Assembly (NCBI GenBank): GCA_910585905.1
Contig: CAJUID010000013.1
Coordinates: 807 to 64,806 of the forward strand
Source: an uncultured Lachnospiraceae bacterium
GTDB lineage: Bacteria; Bacillota; Clostridia; Lachnospirales; Lachnospiraceae
Length of the DNA: 64,000 bases
Direction: 5' to 3'
Every line of letters begins with the position of its first letter. Position 1 is the stretch's first letter. The translations under genes and the position numbers were made by a program. The notes under the pieces were generated by a model. It searched no databases. It was not told where the DNA came from and saw only the letters and a program-made list of their open reading frames with translations. Shown here piece after piece: positions 46,592 through 54,803 of the stretch.

Positions 46592-47710
46592 TTACAGCTC
46601 CAGCACAGAGAGGATTCTCTCTGTAGAGCGGTTGTCTATATAATCGTACTGTAATTTGGCAAAAGTTTGTCGTTTTTGGTTTTCTTTGGTGTTATTAGAA
46701 AGAATTTCCAAAAATTCTTTTTCGTTATGCGCCACCGGCCCAGGCACCGTATCCTCATAATCGCGGTAAAATCCTCTGTCATACTTTTCAAGGTCAAATG
46801 CATATAATATAACTGGCTTGTCCAGCAAAACATATTCTACTATAGTAGAAGAATAATCTGTAACCAGTAAATCCGAAACAAAATATAAATCTGTGACCTG
46901 AGGATAGTCTGTCATGTTATAGCAAAAACTATTCTCAATAATATTGCCCACAGGATATTTGGGATGCATTTTAATAAGAATAACCCAGTCTTTTCCCAAA
47001 ACCTGGTGGATTTTTTGGACAGAAAAATGTTCAAGAAGTTTTTTATTTTCTTCTGCTGTTTTCCGAAATGTTGGTGTATACAGCAATATCTTTTTTCCCC
47101 TCAGTTCTGGATAAACAAGGTAAAACTGCTCCCGCTCTCTCTGCCTTTTCCTCTCACCAAAATAAACATCCGTTATCGGCACCCCTTCTGCATAAATGCG
47201 GTCACCAGGGATACCAAATGCCTCCTCATAGTAAGGTACTATTTGCTTTGAAGTAACAAATAGATGTGTAATCCTGGAATTTGCCTGGATCACCTGTTTT
47301 CTGACCTTCTCATTTTTTTCCGTTGAAAGCCCAAATTTTTTAAACGCTCCCGCCCCGTGCCACAATTGAACAATCTTGGCCTTTCGGGATGGATAGCAGT
47401 AACCTAGCGGAAGAAAATTGTCATTTAAAAACACACAAGCCGCTGTTGCCATGTGATAAGGCAGCACAACAAAAAACCGAAACATACCTCTTATTTTTCT
47501 AGGCAGCCCCCCTAAAAATAAATCCTTTTTCGCATAGCTAAGAATGCGATACCTTGGTTCCCTCCCCTGCAATGCCAGCGCTGTTTCTAAAAGATTTCCA
47601 CTTAAGGCATGATTATGTCCATTAAATAACACTATTTTCTTTTTTTGCATTGGTAAAATCCTAAATAAATTAAAGAAAATGGCAAAAAACATATAGCCTA
47701 TCTTTTTCAT
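46592..47710 (-). CDS. CDP-glycerol glycerophosphotransferase family protein (TagB/TagF-like)
   Basis: QLWHGAGAFKKFG, TPTFR, MHPK and TDYSS motifs in a 372-aa protein. Confidence 0.82.
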   Translation of the reverse strand: MKKIGYMFFAIFFNLFRILPMQKKKIVLFNGHNHALSGNLLETALALQGREPRYRILSYAKKDLFLGGLPRKIRGMFRFFVVLPYHMATAACVFLNDNFLPLGYCYPSRKAKIVQLWHGAGAFKKFGLSTEKNEKVRKQVIQANSRITHLFVTSKQIVPYYEEAFGIPGDRIYAEGVPITDVYFGERKRQREREQFYLVYPELRGKKILLYTPTFRKTAEENKKLLEHFSVQKIHQVLGKDWVILIKMHPKYPVGNIIENSFCYNMTDYPQVTDLYFVSDLLVTDYSSTIVEYVLLDKPVILYAFDLEKYDRGFYRDYEDTVPGPVAHNEKEFLEILSNNTKENQKRQTFAKLQYDYIDNRSTERILSVLEL

Positions 47711-47904
47711 CCTGTTTTCCTCTCAATCTTTTCCCTGCGAACACCTCTTGAATTGCTCAGAAATCAAACACCCTATTGCAGAATAACCAGCAAGTCCACC
47801 CCAAGGGGCGGAGTATTTGGTTCGTTACCCTATGAAATAAACCATATTCATAAGCAACTTCCAAACAATTCCCTACCATATTATCACAATATTTTCCAGA
47901 AGTC

Positions 47905-47933
47905 ACATATATTATCAAAATAACATATATTAT
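47905..47933. promoter_or_regulatory. Two perfect 11-nt direct repeats upstream of the S8 protease gene
   Basis: ACATATATTAT at 47905..47915 and again at 47923..47933, an 18-bp period. They lie about 60 to 90 nt upstream of the ATG. Confidence 0.35.
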
Positions 47934-47992
47934 TAGGAATGTGTAGTTACTATCCACGGTCAATATTTTTTTGACAAGAATGGAGGATTTAT

Positions 47993-48958
47993 ATGAATCG
48001 CGCGGCCCAAATCATACACTTAAACTACGCCCGTCGTGAACATCTAACCGGCAAAGGCATAGGTGTAGCCATATTTGATACTGGCATTGGCTACCATCCG
48101 GACCTGTTTTCTAGCGACCAAAACAAACTAGTCGCATTTATAGATACAATATATGGCAAAAAGAAATATTATGATGATAATGGGCATGGCACCCATATCA
48201 CTGGAATACTGGCAGGCAGCGGCAAAACCTGCAACGGCATGTTTGAGGGCATTGCACCTGGCTGTCACTATGTCGTCATCAAAGTTTTAAACCATCGCGG
48301 CGAAGGCAGCACAGACAATGTACTGGCCGGAATCTCATGGGTATTGCAGCATTTTAAAGAGTATGATATCCGAATCGTTAATATTTCTATTGGCAGTACC
48401 CTTGGCAAAAACTATGATGAATCATCCCCGCTTGTGCAAGGCGTTAATAAACTATGGAGCGCCGGACTTGCTGTATTTACCGCTGCTGGAAACCACGGGC
48501 CTTCACCTTACTCCATCGGAGCACCTGGAAACAGCAGAAAAATTATAACAGTTGGCTCCTCTGACATGATACGGGGCAGCGCTGGCAGGGATTACTCTGG
48601 ACGCGGACCGACGAGGAGCTGCATTAAAAAACCCGACATCGTTGCACCTGGTTCCAATATTGTAAGCTGTTATCCTATGATTCAAAACTCTCTTACAAAC
48701 GGTTATCATCCGATGCCGTCTACAAAAGACACACCAAATTCCTACAATGGCGCCTCCTATCTGCCACGGACCGGCACCTCAATGGCAACTCCAATTGTCA
48801 GCGGCTGCGCCGCCCTTCTTTTAGAAAAATACCCATTTCTCACCAATAAAGATATCAAGCTTCGTCTAAGAAACACCGCGCTAAATCTTGGATATTCCCA
48901 TGCAAGGCAGGGCTGGGGGCTAATCCAGTGTGACCGTCTACTCTCAGGTAACTTTTAA
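47993..48958 (+). CDS. S8 family subtilisin-like serine protease without signal peptide (intracellular ISP-like)
   Basis: Catalytic triad contexts AIFDTGI (Asp), HGTHITG (His) and GTSMATP (Ser). 321 aa with no hydrophobic N-terminus. GGAGGA RBS upstream. Confidence 0.85.
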   Translation: MNRAAQIIHLNYARREHLTGKGIGVAIFDTGIGYHPDLFSSDQNKLVAFIDTIYGKKKYYDDNGHGTHITGILAGSGKTCNGMFEGIAPGCHYVVIKVLNHRGEGSTDNVLAGISWVLQHFKEYDIRIVNISIGSTLGKNYDESSPLVQGVNKLWSAGLAVFTAAGNHGPSPYSIGAPGNSRKIITVGSSDMIRGSAGRDYSGRGPTRSCIKKPDIVAPGSNIVSCYPMIQNSLTNGYHPMPSTKDTPNSYNGASYLPRTGTSMATPIVSGCAALLLEKYPFLTNKDIKLRLRNTALNLGYSHARQGWGLIQCDRLLSGNF

Positions 48959-48965
48959 AAGTGAA

Positions 48966-48995
48966 AGAACCGCCAAAAATGGCGGTTCTCTCTTC
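48966..48995 (+). terminator. Terminator after the S8 protease gene
   Basis: Stem AGAACCGCC/GGCGGTTCT followed by a T-rich tract. Confidence 0.6.
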
Positions 48996-49034
48996 TTGAA
49001 AAAACGATTTACTTTTTATGTATATCCTGCCCTA

Positions 49035-49943
49035 TCAATCCTCATGCAAAAGCAACTCGTCCAGCTTCTTTACAAATGCCCCAAACTCATTCTTTGACAT
49101 CTGAGCATTCGCACCAAGTCGTTCACCCTTACGCTGCATTTCCTCATTAATCAGCGAAGAGAAGATAATAACAGGCAAATCTTTCAACTCTGGATCTGCA
49201 CGAATCAGACGGAGCAATCTATGCCCATCCATCTGCGGCATCTCAATATCAGTAATAACGCAGGCAACTTTATCTCTTACATTGCCATCTTCCTTATACT
49301 GCTGTAGAATCTCCCAGAGCTCCAAGCCATTATTTGCAGGGATAAGATTCACATAACCTGCTTTATTCAGCCCATCAAAAATCATTTTACTCAAAAGCTG
49401 GGAATCCTCCGCATATAGAATCGGGGCATTACATGTCTTTCTCTTTCCAAGCTGATCCACATCCCCAACTTTAATCCCGACCTCCGGCGAAATATCCGCA
49501 ACAATCTTTTCAAAATCTAATAGGATTACAAGCTTTCCATCAAAATTTACAATTCCAGTTGCAACGCTTGAACTGGCACAATTCATCATGCTGTCTGGCT
49601 TAATGATAGCAGACCAATTAACACGGTGAATTCCGACCACTCCATGTACATGGAACCCTGTATTCAATTCATTGAAATTAGTAATCAGAAACATATCTGT
49701 TTTTGGATCTGTCCGCTCTTCCATCCCGAGGCACCTTGCAAGATTAATGATCGAAATCGTCTCGCCTCTCGTCGTAAAAGCTCCCTCAACATTTGGATGG
49801 CCATTCGGTATTGGAGTCAACGGATTGTACACAAGAATTTCACGAATCTTCGCCACATTAATTCCATAATAATTCCCACTCACCATAAACTCTAAAATCT
49901 CTAACTCATTTGTTCCACTTTCCAATAAAATATTTGTATCCAT
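49035..49943 (-). CDS. cheV: Chemotaxis protein CheV (CheW-like domain plus receiver domain)
   Basis: N-terminal CheW-like domain and a C-terminal REC domain (LYAEDS, VITDIEMPQMDG, SSL..K). GGAGGAG RBS before MDTNILL. Confidence 0.85.
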   Translation of the reverse strand: MDTNILLESGTNELEILEFMVSGNYYGINVAKIREILVYNPLTPIPNGHPNVEGAFTTRGETISIINLARCLGMEERTDPKTDMFLITNFNELNTGFHVHGVVGIHRVNWSAIIKPDSMMNCASSSVATGIVNFDGKLVILLDFEKIVADISPEVGIKVGDVDQLGKRKTCNAPILYAEDSQLLSKMIFDGLNKAGYVNLIPANNGLELWEILQQYKEDGNVRDKVACVITDIEMPQMDGHRLLRLIRADPELKDLPVIIFSSLINEEMQRKGERLGANAQMSKNEFGAFVKKLDELLLHED

Positions 49944-50188
49944 ACTCTCCTCCATTCTAAACAGGTATCTGCTAACAGAGATTTCACTTAAATCTATTAC
50001 ACTGTACCGATCTTTTTCATTAGATTTATTTTACTATAGAGTACATCTATTTGCAAGCCGAAAAACACAAAAGCGATAAATCTTCCGTACAAAATGTAAT
50101 ATAATCCCTGGCGTTTCAATCCCCTGCCTCATGCCCACATAGCGACTGTAAATATACCAAAAACAACACATGGTTATCCAATTTTCCA

Positions 50189-50602
50189 TTATTTTTTCTT
50201 GAATATTATCAGCTTACTAAACACAAAATTCAACAAAACAACAATCACGTTGACTACAATTTTCATCAACAGGTCATTCAATTTCCAAACCTCAACGGTT
50301 ACATACATCAGAAACATATCCAACACTGCTGTCGCAAGCCTACAGGCTATAAACGAAGTAAACTCCCGCAGAACCTCCGTCCAAGTCTCTGTTTTACTCT
50401 CAAAAACAAAAATCTTATTTGTCACATATGCAAACAAGATACTAATGGCAAGCGCAAGCCCATTTGCGACCATCAGGTCCAGCCGGATTACTCTGGCAAA
50501 CAAAACATACCCTAAAATATTTGTCAATGTCGTAAGCCCGCCAAAAATCAGATACAATATTAACTCTTTATATTTAATAAATAAAGACCATAAACTCTTC
50601 AT
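50189..50602 (-). CDS. GtrA family membrane protein
   Basis: 137 aa with four TM helices and the N-terminal pattern (LYLIFGGLTTLTN) typical of the GtrA-like family. Confidence 0.75.
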   Translation of the reverse strand: MKSLWSLFIKYKELILYLIFGGLTTLTNILGYVLFARVIRLDLMVANGLALAISILFAYVTNKIFVFESKTETWTEVLREFTSFIACRLATAVLDMFLMYVTVEVWKLNDLLMKIVVNVIVVLLNFVFSKLIIFKKK

Positions 50603-50625
50603 TCCAATTTTCCCTTTTCTACCAT

Positions 50626-51366
50626 CTATATTTTCCCCATCAGCTTATCCAATCCCTGATGTTCTATATTGGCAAGCGACTGAAAGATATGTTCATTTGC
50701 AAGCCGCTCCGCCCTCTCTTCATCCTTGTGGATTACCGCCTCCAAAATAGCCTTATGCTCTGCACAGGCGGTCTTCGCCCTTTCCATAGAAGATAACGTA
50801 TTTTTCCGGACACGCTCCACATAGTGATGATAATCCGACAAAATATGTTCTAGAACCTTACTCCCACATGCTTTATATAAATTCAAGTGAAAACGATTAT
50901 CCAGCTCAAAAATCTGTTCCCAGTGTTCTTTCTGAATATGAAATTCACTCAAATAAATGATCTCCTCCAAATCTTCCGCCTGCTCCTCAGAAATATATTT
51001 ACAAGCCCATTTCGCACAAAGCCCTTCTAGATAAGAACGAATCATGTAAATATCCCTGATATCTTTTGCGGTAATGCCATTCACATAGGCTCCCCTATTT
51101 GGGATAATGCTAACCAGCCCCTCCAATTCCAGTTGGCGCAGGGCCTCCCTTACCGGAGTCCTCGAAACTCCCAGCTCTTTGCTAATTGCTGCCTCTTTTA
51201 ACTCATCCTTTTCTCTGTAATGTCCCTCTAAAATATCCTCACGAAGCTTATTAAAAACCTTACCGCGCAGGGAATATTTATCTAATTCCTCTTTTCCACC
51301 AGCATACCTATCCATTTCTTTCTCCATTCCTAGTACAGCATTCATTTGGCTCCTTGTGTACTGCAT
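50626..51366 (-). CDS. GntR family transcriptional regulator (FadR/FCD subfamily)
   Basis: Winged-HTH motif (ISKELGVSRTPVREALRQLELEGLV) and a helical FCD-like C-terminal domain. Confidence 0.85.
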   Translation of the reverse strand: MQYTRSQMNAVLGMEKEMDRYAGGKEELDKYSLRGKVFNKLREDILEGHYREKDELKEAAISKELGVSRTPVREALRQLELEGLVSIIPNRGAYVNGITAKDIRDIYMIRSYLEGLCAKWACKYISEEQAEDLEEIIYLSEFHIQKEHWEQIFELDNRFHLNLYKACGSKVLEHILSDYHHYVERVRKNTLSSMERAKTACAEHKAILEAVIHKDEERAERLANEHIFQSLANIEHQGLDKLMGKI

Positions 51367-51404
51367 CAAATAATCGTATTGCTGAAATAACAGAATTTTT
51401 TCAT

Positions 51405-51438
51405 TCTAAAAGGCAGCGGGACAAATATCCCTGCTGCC
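51405..51438 (-). terminator. Rho-independent terminator inside the GntR leader
   Basis: Minus strand reads GGCAGCAGGG-atatttg-TCCCGCTGCC followed by TTTT. It lies about 40 nt upstream of the GntR start. Confidence 0.65.
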
Positions 51439-51504
51439 TCACCACGCACAGTCCCCGGTGTACGGACCAGAAAACTGATACGTCCCCAAAACATCCCAGA
51501 TCAT
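51439..51504 (-). CDS. Candidate 21-codon upstream ORF or leader peptide (MIWDVLGTYQFSGPYTGDCAW)
   Basis: My own translation. An AAGGGAAG RBS lies 6 nt upstream of the ATG, and the stop codon directly abuts the 5' arm of the terminator stem. Confidence 0.25.
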   Translation of the reverse strand: MIWDVLGTYQFSGPYTGDCAW

Positions 51505-51717
51505 AAATGCTTCCCTTTTCGCTTCCTGTGTACGGCCATTCCGTTCCAAGGTCTACATAAATTTTCCAAAATATTTTAGGCAGTTCTTAAACCAACAGTA
51601 TTCTATCATATTTTCGCAAAAATTTCACTCTTTTTCGTATAATGATATTGTGAAAAATAGCAAATGTAGTAAAATAGGGGTATTATGCTAACAAACAACG
51701 TATGCATGGAGGTGTCA

Positions 51718-52389
51718 ATGGACGACAAACAATTTTGTTTTATCATCTGCTACAACAACACCGTTTTGCTGGAAGAATGCCTTCTTTACCTACGCCAGCT
51801 CACTATACCGGAAGGATATACTACCGATTTAGTAACAATACTGGAAGCCAATTCTATGACAGAAGGCTATCAGGCAGGCATGGAGGCCAGCAATGCAAAA
51901 TACAAAATATATCTGCATCAGGATGTCTTTATCCTAAACCGTAATTTTTTGTTTGACACCTTGCAGTTATTTCTTGCAAACCCTTCACTTGGAATGCTTG
52001 GCATGGTCGGCACAAAAAAGCTACCCAAATCCGCTATAATGTGGGAAAGCAAGCAACGGGTCGGCGCACTCCGAAGCTGTACGCTCAATACAGTAGACGA
52101 CTTTTTTGATATCCCAATTCAAACAGCCAGTAGCCAGCCTGAACCAGTCATGGCAGTTGACGGGCTTCTGCTGATGACCCAGTATGATGTCAGCTGGCGG
52201 CAGGATATATTTCATGGCTGGGATTTTTATGATGTATCACAATCTTTTGAATTTCGCAGAGCCGGTTATCAGGTTGCTGTCCCTTATCAAAAAACTCCGT
52301 GGGTACTCCATGACTGCGGTTTCTTAAATCTCTCCCGGTATCAGGAGGCAAGAGACATCTTTGCTAAAGAATACCAAGGAGAATATTAA
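51718..52389 (+). CDS. Glycosyltransferase-like family protein (GT2-like, Glyco_tranf_2_5-type)
   Basis: N-terminal FCFIICYNN and YLHQDV motifs typical of this GT-A-like family. GGAGG RBS before MDDKQF. Confidence 0.65.
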   Translation: MDDKQFCFIICYNNTVLLEECLLYLRQLTIPEGYTTDLVTILEANSMTEGYQAGMEASNAKYKIYLHQDVFILNRNFLFDTLQLFLANPSLGMLGMVGTKKLPKSAIMWESKQRVGALRSCTLNTVDDFFDIPIQTASSQPEPVMAVDGLLLMTQYDVSWRQDIFHGWDFYDVSQSFEFRRAGYQVAVPYQKTPWVLHDCGFLNLSRYQEARDIFAKEYQGEY

Positions 52390-52909
52390 TTTAAATATAC
52401 AAGAACATTATCGAATGATTGAAAGGATTCAAAGAATAATGCAAAATAACTGCAAAGAATTGCTATACCAGATGGTGCAGACTGGAAGATTTTCCGAAGC
52501 CGCCTCTTATACAAAGAATCATATCAAAGAACATCAAAACGAAGAATATTTCGTTTTATTCTTTATCCTTTTCCGCATTTGGGAAGAGGAGCAGCAGGCA
52601 AAGGTTCCTACAATCTTTTCTTCCCCCCTGGGACATTCGCCTAAAACGCTGTTAGATCACTACACCCAGATTAAGCTCTATCTCAGACGGTTTGAATACC
52701 AGATGCCAGATGAGATACTAGAAGAAGCCATAAAATATTTTACGGCAAATCAAGTATCCCCCTATGCACTCTACCATATTGCACAATTTGCCTGTGTAAA
52801 ACCCAACACCGCGTTTCAAGAGCTTGCAAGAATGTATCAGGCAGGAGGGCAAAAGGAATTTGCCTCAATTTTTCTGAATGCTGCCAAAAATGAAAACAAT
52901 GGAGCATAA
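52361..52909 (+). CDS. Hypothetical helical protein; start uncertain (TTG at 52361 or ATG at 52415)
   Basis: The ORF overlaps both neighbours, consistent with translational coupling. No motif recognised. Confidence 0.45.
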   Translation: MLKNTKENINLNIQEHYRMIERIQRIMQNNCKELLYQMVQTGRFSEAASYTKNHIKEHQNEEYFVLFFILFRIWEEEQQAKVPTIFSSPLGHSPKTLLDHYTQIKLYLRRFEYQMPDEILEEAIKYFTANQVSPYALYHIAQFACVKPNTAFQELARMYQAGGQKEFASIFLNAAKNENNGA

Positions 52910-52937
52910 CCGCACATTAGAAAGGAACAAAGATGAA

Positions 52938-54140
52938 ATGAAAACACTTTTCCCAAATTGGAAGAACTTTGGCCTGGAAGATATCACAGAGACCTTAGAG
53001 CAAATGGGACACACCGTAATCCATTACACCAAAGAACCCAGAGATTACCGACTAGACCCGCGTTTCAAATCTGAACTCAAAAAATATATCCGGGCAGAGC
53101 AGATTGACTTTGTCTTTACATCCAACTATTTTCCAATTATATCGGACGCCTGCAATGAACTGGATATACCATATTTATCATGGTGCTATGACAGCCCTTT
53201 GATTCTGACATATTCTAAAACAGTCTACCATCCTTGCAACTATATTTTTCTATTTGACTCGCAGATGGTCCAGGACTTACAGTTACTTGGCGTAGAACAT
53301 GCCTACTATATGCCAATGGCGGTTAATTCCAAACGCCTTGGGGCACTAAAAGCATCCCCAGAACAAAAAAAGACTGTACAGGCGGATTTGTCTTTTGTCG
53401 GCTCCCTCTATACAGAAAAACATACACTCTATGACCGGATGGAATGCCTGGATGCACACACGAGAGGGTATCTGGAAGGAATTATGGCTGCCCAGCAGTT
53501 ACTTTATGGGGCGGATATTTTAGAAGCTGCATTAACAGACAATATTATTGAAAAACTGCTGGATTGTATGCCAATAAAGCTTCATACCGATGGAATGGAA
53601 ACCTACCGCTATGTCTATGCAAATTATTTCCTCTGCCGCAAAATTACGCAGACAGAACGCACAGACCTTTTACATCTAATAAGCAAAACCCTGCCAGATA
53701 TCACATTAGAAAATGGCAAAAAACCACAACCAATGAAATTATACACACCAGAACGCACGCCTTTCCTCCCAGATATAAAAAATATGGGAACCGTTCATTA
53801 TCTCCACGAGATGCCCCTTGTCTTCCGCCACAGCAAAATAAATCTAAACATCACTCTGCGGAGCATTAAAAACGGTATTCCACTTCGTGCTATGGATATT
53901 ATGGGAGCCGGCGGCTTCCTGTTAACAAACTATCAAAACGATTTTAACTACCATTTTGTTGATGGGGAAGATTATGCCAGCTTTAGCAGCCCATCAGAAA
54001 TGTTGGATAAAATAGAATATTATCTTTCCCATGATGCCGAACGGCAAAAAATTGCTGAGAATGGATGGAAAAAGGTATGCAATGAACATACCTATCAGAT
54101 AAGAATGAAAGAAATGTTAGAAATTGCGGGACTTGCATAA
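52938..54140 (+). CDS. CgeB-like glycosyltransferase (DUF3880 N-domain plus GT1-like C-domain)
   Basis: The N-terminal region has a DUF3880-like pattern, and the C-terminal half resembles the CgeB / Glyco_trans_1_2 family (RAMDIMGAGGFLLTNY ... DGEDY). Start may be as early as 52878. Confidence 0.6.
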   Translation: MKTLFPNWKNFGLEDITETLEQMGHTVIHYTKEPRDYRLDPRFKSELKKYIRAEQIDFVFTSNYFPIISDACNELDIPYLSWCYDSPLILTYSKTVYHPCNYIFLFDSQMVQDLQLLGVEHAYYMPMAVNSKRLGALKASPEQKKTVQADLSFVGSLYTEKHTLYDRMECLDAHTRGYLEGIMAAQQLLYGADILEAALTDNIIEKLLDCMPIKLHTDGMETYRYVYANYFLCRKITQTERTDLLHLISKTLPDITLENGKKPQPMKLYTPERTPFLPDIKNMGTVHYLHEMPLVFRHSKINLNITLRSIKNGIPLRAMDIMGAGGFLLTNYQNDFNYHFVDGEDYASFSSPSEMLDKIEYYLSHDAERQKIAENGWKKVCNEHTYQIRMKEMLEIAGLA

Positions 54141-54710
54141 TTCCCTAATACCATTCTCCAATTCCTGCACACTGCCCCCATTCCAGATCTCATGCTTACA
54201 GCGCTTGCGAAATTCCTCCTCCGCAAGCTGCTGCTGCATAATTGCCATGCTCTTCTCTTCTGTATAACCCCGGTTTACCGCAAGGCGTTCCATCCTTACC
54301 TCTGGCGGGACATAGACATACCATACCTCATCACACAACTCATCGCAGCCAGTCTCAAACATAATAGCGGTCTCAAGGACAATACAGCCAGTCTCCTTCC
54401 TCCGACGGTCAATATATTCTTTGAGGTAAGATTTCACTGCCGGATGGACAATTTCATTCAATCGTTCCAAAGATTCTGGATTTCCAAAGACAATCCCCGA
54501 CAGCATCTTTCTGTCAATATTTCCTTGGTTATCCAATATTCTGCTTCCAAATGCATCTACAATCTTATGGTATCCCTCTGCACCTTTTTCCATCACTACA
54601 TGCCCAAGCTCATCCGCTATCAGAAGTTTCGCACCCACAAGTTCCGCTAGCTTGCCTGCGGCGGCAGTCTTACCACTCCCCACGCCGCCCGTCAGACCGA
54701 TTACATACAT
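54117..54710 (-). CDS. coaE: Dephospho-CoA kinase
   Basis: IGLTGGVGSGKT P-loop at the N-terminus in a protein of about 198 aa. Confidence 0.9.
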   Translation of the reverse strand: MYVIGLTGGVGSGKTAAAGKLAELVGAKLLIADELGHVVMEKGAEGYHKIVDAFGSRILDNQGNIDRKMLSGIVFGNPESLERLNEIVHPAVKSYLKEYIDRRRKETGCIVLETAIMFETGCDELCDEVWYVYVPPEVRMERLAVNRGYTEEKSMAIMQQQLAEEEFRKRCKHEIWNGGSVQELENGIRELCKSRNF

Positions 54711-54803
54711 AATGTCCCCCCCATTTCTATCCAAATCACTCTATAACCCAAATCCATCAAAAGCCGCCTGTTGTTTCTGCACACTCAAGCAACCGCTATA
54801 AAC

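Noticed and set aside
47757-47963. 68-aa minus-strand ORF in the tagF / S8-protease intergenic region.
   Set aside because: It has no RBS and an Ile/Tyr/Asn-rich, AT-driven composition. It overlaps the promoter and direct-repeat region and a repeat fragment.
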